A model generated the notes under the pieces. It ran no database searches. It was not told the origin of the DNA and saw nothing but the letters and a program-made list of their open reading frames with translations. From an uncultured bacterium (GTDB lineage Bacteria > B130-G9), in the NCBI GenBank assembly GCA_965372715.1, contig CBDVDH010000017.1:1-61837 (forward strand): a stretch of 61,837 bases of DNA, given 5' to 3'. The position numbers and the translations under genes were made by a program. This document shows, piece after piece, positions 57,872-61,837 of this stretch. Numbering within the stretch: the stretch's first letter is position 1; each line of letters starts with the position of its first letter.

Positions 57872-60800
57872 ATGCTTGATAATCTCATCCGATACAGTAT
57901 CCGGAGACGTTTGCTCATACTCATGGCTTTGGCGGGCATCATTGCCTACGGCATATACGCCTACCGTCACATGCCTGTCGATGCTTTCCCGGACATTTCG
58001 CCCATCATGGTACCGGTTTTCGCCGAGGCCCACGGCATGGCCCCGGAAGAGGTCGAACGCCTGATTACCTATCCGATAGAGGCGGCCATGAACGGCCTGC
58101 CGAAAGTTACACAGATCAAGTCAACGAGCGCCTTCGGCCTGGCCGTGATCTACGTCTATTTCGAGGACGACGTGGACATCTATTTCGCGCGGCAACTGGT
58201 GGGTGAGCGTCTGGCGGGAGCCATGAACGACCTCCCTGAGATGCACGACCCGCCGACGCTCGGCCCCATTTCCACCGGTCTGGGCCAGATATTCCTTTAC
58301 TACCTGACGTTGGAGCCGGGAACGGATACAGGGGGCAAGGCCCCGGATACTTACCTGCGCGAGGTCAATGACTGGGTCGTCAAGTTCCAGCTGCAGACCG
58401 TTCCGGGGGTAACCGACATCCTGTCGATTGGCGGCCACGTGCTCCAATACCAGGTCCGGGTTGATCCTCACGCCCTGCGAAAGCACGACGTGGACCTCGA
58501 AACGGTTGTCGAGGCCGTGCGCGCCAACAACCGCAACGTCGGCGGCCAGTTCCTGTTGCTCGGGGACGAGGAGTATCTCGTGCGCGGACTGGGGCTCCTC
58601 GGTGGGCTCGACGAGATTCGGAACATCAAGCTGAAGACGGTGAAAGGCGTCCCGATAACCGTCGGCGACGTGGCCGAGGTGACCTACGGCGACGAGATAC
58701 GACGCGGCGTGGTGACTCGCAATGGCGAGGGGGAGGTTGTCTCCGGCATGGTACTGAAGCTCTATGGTGAGAACACCTCGAACGTCATCGAGAAGTTGTA
58801 TGCCAAGGTGAAGGAAGTGCAGAGCAGCCTACCGCCCGGCGTGAAGCTCCATCCCTACTACGAACAGGCGGAACTGGTAGCCAAGGCCACGGATACCGTC
58901 AAGAATGTGCTGCTTATCGGCGCACTGCTGGTCATCATCACGCTCGCCGTCTTTCTCGGCAACCTGCGGACCGCGCTCATCGTGATCGCCGCCTTGCCCT
59001 TCTGCGCGCTCACAGCGGTCATCTTCATGGGTTGGCAGGGCATCAGCGCCAATCTCATGTCCCTGGGCGGCATTGCCATCGCCATCGGCATGCTGGGTGA
59101 CGGGTCCATCGTGATAGTCGAGAACATCTACCGCCACCTGGGCGAAAAGCGGGGCAAGAATGAGCCCAGGGATGTGATCATCTTCGAGGCCGCCCGCGAG
59201 GTGGCGCGCCCGGTTGTGTTCTCCATCGCCATAATCGTCATGGTCTTTCTGCCGCTTTTCACGCTCGAGGGCGTCGAAGGGAAGATGTTCTCCCCGATGG
59301 CGTTCACCATCGCCTTCGCACTGGCCGGCTCGATCATCGCTGCCCTGGTCGTAGCCCCCGCGCTCGCGCATTACCTCCTGCGGCACGGAGTCAAGAAGGA
59401 GTTCTTCCTTCTGCGCTGGCTCAAGGACGCTTATCGGCCGGTGCTGCTCTACGCTCTGCGGAAAAGGAAGCGAGTTATCGGCCTCGCGTTGGCGGCGCTC
59501 TTGGTCACGGCAGCCGTCGTGCCCTTCCTGGGCACCGAGTTCATCCCTACACTAGAGGAGGGGAGCATCTTCATCAGCGTAATGATGGCCCCATCCACGT
59601 CTCTGAAGAAGGGAACAGAGACGATTCTTAAGATGGAGCGTGAGATCATAAAATACCCCGAAGTGCGGGAGGTCGTTTCGCGGATTGGCCGCCCGGAGGC
59701 GGGCAGCCATCCTCACCCGGTGAACTACGCCGAGGTTCATATCGAGTTGAAGCCGCCGCGCGAGTGGAAGCGGTTCAAGAACAAGGCCGCGCTGGTCGAG
59801 GCGCTCTCCGAGGAACTCGGTTCTTTCCCTGGCGTCCAGCTCAACTTCACGCAGCCCATCCAGAACGCATTCGACGAGTTGCTCTCAGGGGTCAAGGCGC
59901 AGTTGGCCATCAAGCTTTATGGGGAGGACCTGAACGTTCTGCGCGAGAAGGCCAACGAGCTCGGCGCCGCTATCGAGGACGTGCCCGGGCTTACCGATCT
60001 CTCGGTCGAGCAGAACTACGGACAGCCCCAAGTGCAGGTGTCCGTGGACCGCAAAGCCTGTGCCCGCTTCGGTATCAACGCCGACCAGGTCCTGGAGTTG
60101 GTCGAGCTCGCCGTCGGCGGCGAGGTGATCGATACTATCTACCTCGGCACGCGACGGTTCGGAATTCACCTGCGCTACCAGGAGCAGTACCGCGAAGATA
60201 TGGATGCCATCTCGAACTTGCTGGTGCAGACGGCCGACGGCTCGGTGGTCCCACTCTCGCAGGTGGCCACTGTCGAAAAGGCGTTCGGCCCGATACAGAT
60301 CAACCGCGAGAAGAACCAGCGCCGCTGGATCGTTCAGGGCAACGTGCGGGGACGAGACCTCGGCGGCGTGGTCGCGGACATCCGCGAAAGAATAGACGAG
60401 CGGGTCAAGCTGCCGGCGGGATATTTCGTCGAGTATGGCGGCCAGTTCGAGAACCAGCAGCGCGCGATGGCCCGTTTGGCGATTATCGTGCCGGTTGTCA
60501 TACTGGCTGTATTCGTTCTGCTCTACCTTGCATTCGGCACTATCCGCCATGCATTGATGATCGTCTTCAACATTCCGCTGGCGCTTATTGGCGGCGTGGT
60601 CGGACTGCTGATCATGGGAGAATACCTGTCGGTCCCGGCTTCGGTCGGATTTATTGCACTCTTCGGCATCGCCGTCCAGAACGGGATGGTGCTCGTGAGC
60701 TACTTCAACCATCTTGTCGGAAGGGGCAAGAAGCTGGAGGAAGCGGTTGAGGAAGGCGCACTGTTGCGCCTCCGCCCGGTGCTTATGACGGCGGTAACCA

Positions 60801-60976
60801 CCATCTTGGGACTGACGCCGTTGCTCTTATCGTCGGGGATCGGCGCGGAGGTGCAGCGTCCCCTGGCAACTGTAGTTGTGTTCGGACTAGCCACATCGAC
60901 CGCGCTTACGCTGTTCGTGCTCCCTGCGGTCTATGCGGTAATGGAACGCCGGCGCGTCGAGTCGGCTCAGGAGTAA
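57872..60976 (+). CDS. czcA: CzcA/CusA-family heavy-metal efflux RND permease
   Basis: PVDAFPDI, APEEVERLIT, ANLMSLGG, VEGKMFSPMA, RLRPVLMTA, EVQRPLA. Confidence 0.95.
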   Translation: MLDNLIRYSIRRRLLILMALAGIIAYGIYAYRHMPVDAFPDISPIMVPVFAEAHGMAPEEVERLITYPIEAAMNGLPKVTQIKSTSAFGLAVIYVYFEDDVDIYFARQLVGERLAGAMNDLPEMHDPPTLGPISTGLGQIFLYYLTLEPGTDTGGKAPDTYLREVNDWVVKFQLQTVPGVTDILSIGGHVLQYQVRVDPHALRKHDVDLETVVEAVRANNRNVGGQFLLLGDEEYLVRGLGLLGGLDEIRNIKLKTVKGVPITVGDVAEVTYGDEIRRGVVTRNGEGEVVSGMVLKLYGENTSNVIEKLYAKVKEVQSSLPPGVKLHPYYEQAELVAKATDTVKNVLLIGALLVIITLAVFLGNLRTALIVIAALPFCALTAVIFMGWQGISANLMSLGGIAIAIGMLGDGSIVIVENIYRHLGEKRGKNEPRDVIIFEAAREVARPVVFSIAIIVMVFLPLFTLEGVEGKMFSPMAFTIAFALAGSIIAALVVAPALAHYLLRHGVKKEFFLLRWLKDAYRPVLLYALRKRKRVIGLALAALLVTAAVVPFLGTEFIPTLEEGSIFISVMMAPSTSLKKGTETILKMEREIIKYPEVREVVSRIGRPEAGSHPHPVNYAEVHIELKPPREWKRFKNKAALVEALSEELGSFPGVQLNFTQPIQNAFDELLSGVKAQLAIKLYGEDLNVLREKANELGAAIEDVPGLTDLSVEQNYGQPQVQVSVDRKACARFGINADQVLELVELAVGGEVIDTIYLGTRRFGIHLRYQEQYREDMDAISNLLVQTADGSVVPLSQVATVEKAFGPIQINREKNQRRWIVQGNVRGRDLGGVVADIRERIDERVKLPAGYFVEYGGQFENQQRAMARLAIIVPVVILAVFVLLYLAFGTIRHALMIVFNIPLALIGGVVGLLIMGEYLSVPASVGFIALFGIAVQNGMVLVSYFNHLVGRGKKLEEAVEEGALLRLRPVLMTAVTTILGLTPLLLSSGIGAEVQRPLATVVVFGLATSTALTLFVLPAVYAVMERRRVESAQE

Positions 60977-60989
60977 AGGAGGACGAGAG

Positions 60990-61331
60990 ATGAAAATTGT
61001 CATTGCTTACATAAGGCCGGAAATGCTTGACGACGTTATCTACACCTTGCATGGAGTGGAGGCTCTGCGTGGAGCCTCCATTTGCGACGGACGCGGCTTT
61101 GGAGCGTGGCGACTGGACGAGTCGCCGGAGGCCATTCAGAGGGAACCTGGCAACTTCCGGCCCCACGTGCGCATGGAAATTGCCTGCTCCGACGACGTCG
61201 CTGCGGAAGTAGTGAAGGCCATCAGCGCAAGCGCTCACACCGGCATGTCAGGCGACGGGCTGGTCTTCACCATTGATGCGGACACGTGCGTCCGTATTCG
61301 TACAGGCGAGACCGACGAGCGGATTCGTTGA
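60990..61331 (+). CDS. P-II-like protein of the metal-efflux-associated type
   Basis: MKIVIAYIRP, GRGFG, AHTGMSGDGLVF, RIRTGE; no T-loop Tyr. Confidence 0.88.
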   Translation: MKIVIAYIRPEMLDDVIYTLHGVEALRGASICDGRGFGAWRLDESPEAIQREPGNFRPHVRMEIACSDDVAAEVVKAISASAHTGMSGDGLVFTIDADTCVRIRTGETDERIR

Positions 61332-61389
61332 GCGCTGTGCATTCTTGGTTGAGCTCCCAGACGGCAGCGTTATGGCGGCGGACCTGAGC

Positions 61390-61740
61390 CGCGCGCTGCC
61401 GGATGAGGCGTGGGAGAGAGTCAGATTACCGATTCCGAAGCGGAAGCGTCAGGCGTTTCTTGCCTATGAGAGCGAGATTACGCTGAGAGGATGGCATTCG
61501 CCGTACGGCGAACTGCGACAGATCATCATGAAGGACCACGGGCGGGCCTCGCCGACGGACGTGATCACGAACAATCGACAGATGAACCTCGTGGAGGTGC
61601 TGACCGTTTATGCGCGACGATGGCGTATCGAGAATAAACTCGCCGAACTCGTCAACTTCTTCAACATAAACGCTCTTTCATCGCCAATAATGGTGCGAAT
61701 CCATAGGAGAGGTCGCCGTCATCTATCTGAGACCGACTAA
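61390..61740 (+). mobile_element. Internal fragment of a DDE (IS4-superfamily-like) transposase
   Basis: LRQIIMKDHGR...VITN...YARRWRIEN...FFNINALSS (YxxRWxIE signature); lacks both ends. Confidence 0.65.
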
Positions 61741-61791
61741 GATCGAGCCCAGAGACCACATCGCAGTTACCCGAATGTCAGCTAGTCCGTA

Positions 61792-61837
61792 TTATTCATA
61801 AACTCGCGATGCCATGAGGTGTGGGGCGGGCTTTCCA
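61792..61837. repeat. Second copy (left part) of the 2408-2570 element, cut by the window end
   Basis: TTATTCATAAACT...ATGAGGTGTGGGGCGGGCTTTCCA vs TTATTCACAAACT...ATGAGATGTGGGGCGGGCTTTCCA. Confidence 0.8.

Noticed and set aside
56048-58033. 661-aa minus-strand ORF and other long antisense ORFs (e.g. 45769-46695, 59885-60712, 16497-17393)
   Set aside because: These are shadow frames of well-supported genes in GC-rich DNA.
1-61837. Stop-codon reassignment (prompted by the TAG in hicA)
   Set aside because: TAG, TGA and TAA all terminate conserved genes at expected positions (map and lon TAG, nadA TGA, czcA TAA), so the standard code applies.
52763-61837. Genomic island integrated at tRNA-Cys carrying the czc operon
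   Set aside because: The tRNA is followed by the housekeeping gene sppA, and no integrase or duplicated tRNA-Cys 3' end is visible in the window.

Overview
A ~62 kb, fairly GC-rich chromosomal segment from a probably diderm bacterium (TolC-type outer-membrane factor, TonB-like protein, DUF3570-like beta-barrel). Housekeeping genes include map, lon, nadA, a nicotinate/quinolinate phosphoribosyltransferase, apt, acylphosphatase, a type-2 ileS, iscU/nifU, sppA and tRNA-Cys. A CzcI-like/C/B/A + P-II heavy-metal efflux operon lies at the right end. The window holds four large secreted modular proteins (about 560, 1380, 3411 and 1253 aa) and two small accessory patches (13.1-16.4 kb and 24.7-27.8 kb) of short cassette-like genes, decaying toxin-antitoxin modules and degenerate attC-like sites. 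Several families of small palindromic and heptameric repeats occur, two of them inside coding sequences. The most unusual signals are: (i) an unannotated 39-aa YxxP-leader/Cys-pair peptide directly behind a beta-helix protein with Tyr-rich hypervariable repeats; (ii) a chromosomal DnaG-DnaB-like fusion whose primase catalytic residues and helicase arginine finger appear to be lost; (iii) a tandem 'WPY'-terminated C-terminal domain pair shared by two adjacent giant secreted proteins. All family calls come from motif recognition by eye, not from database searches.
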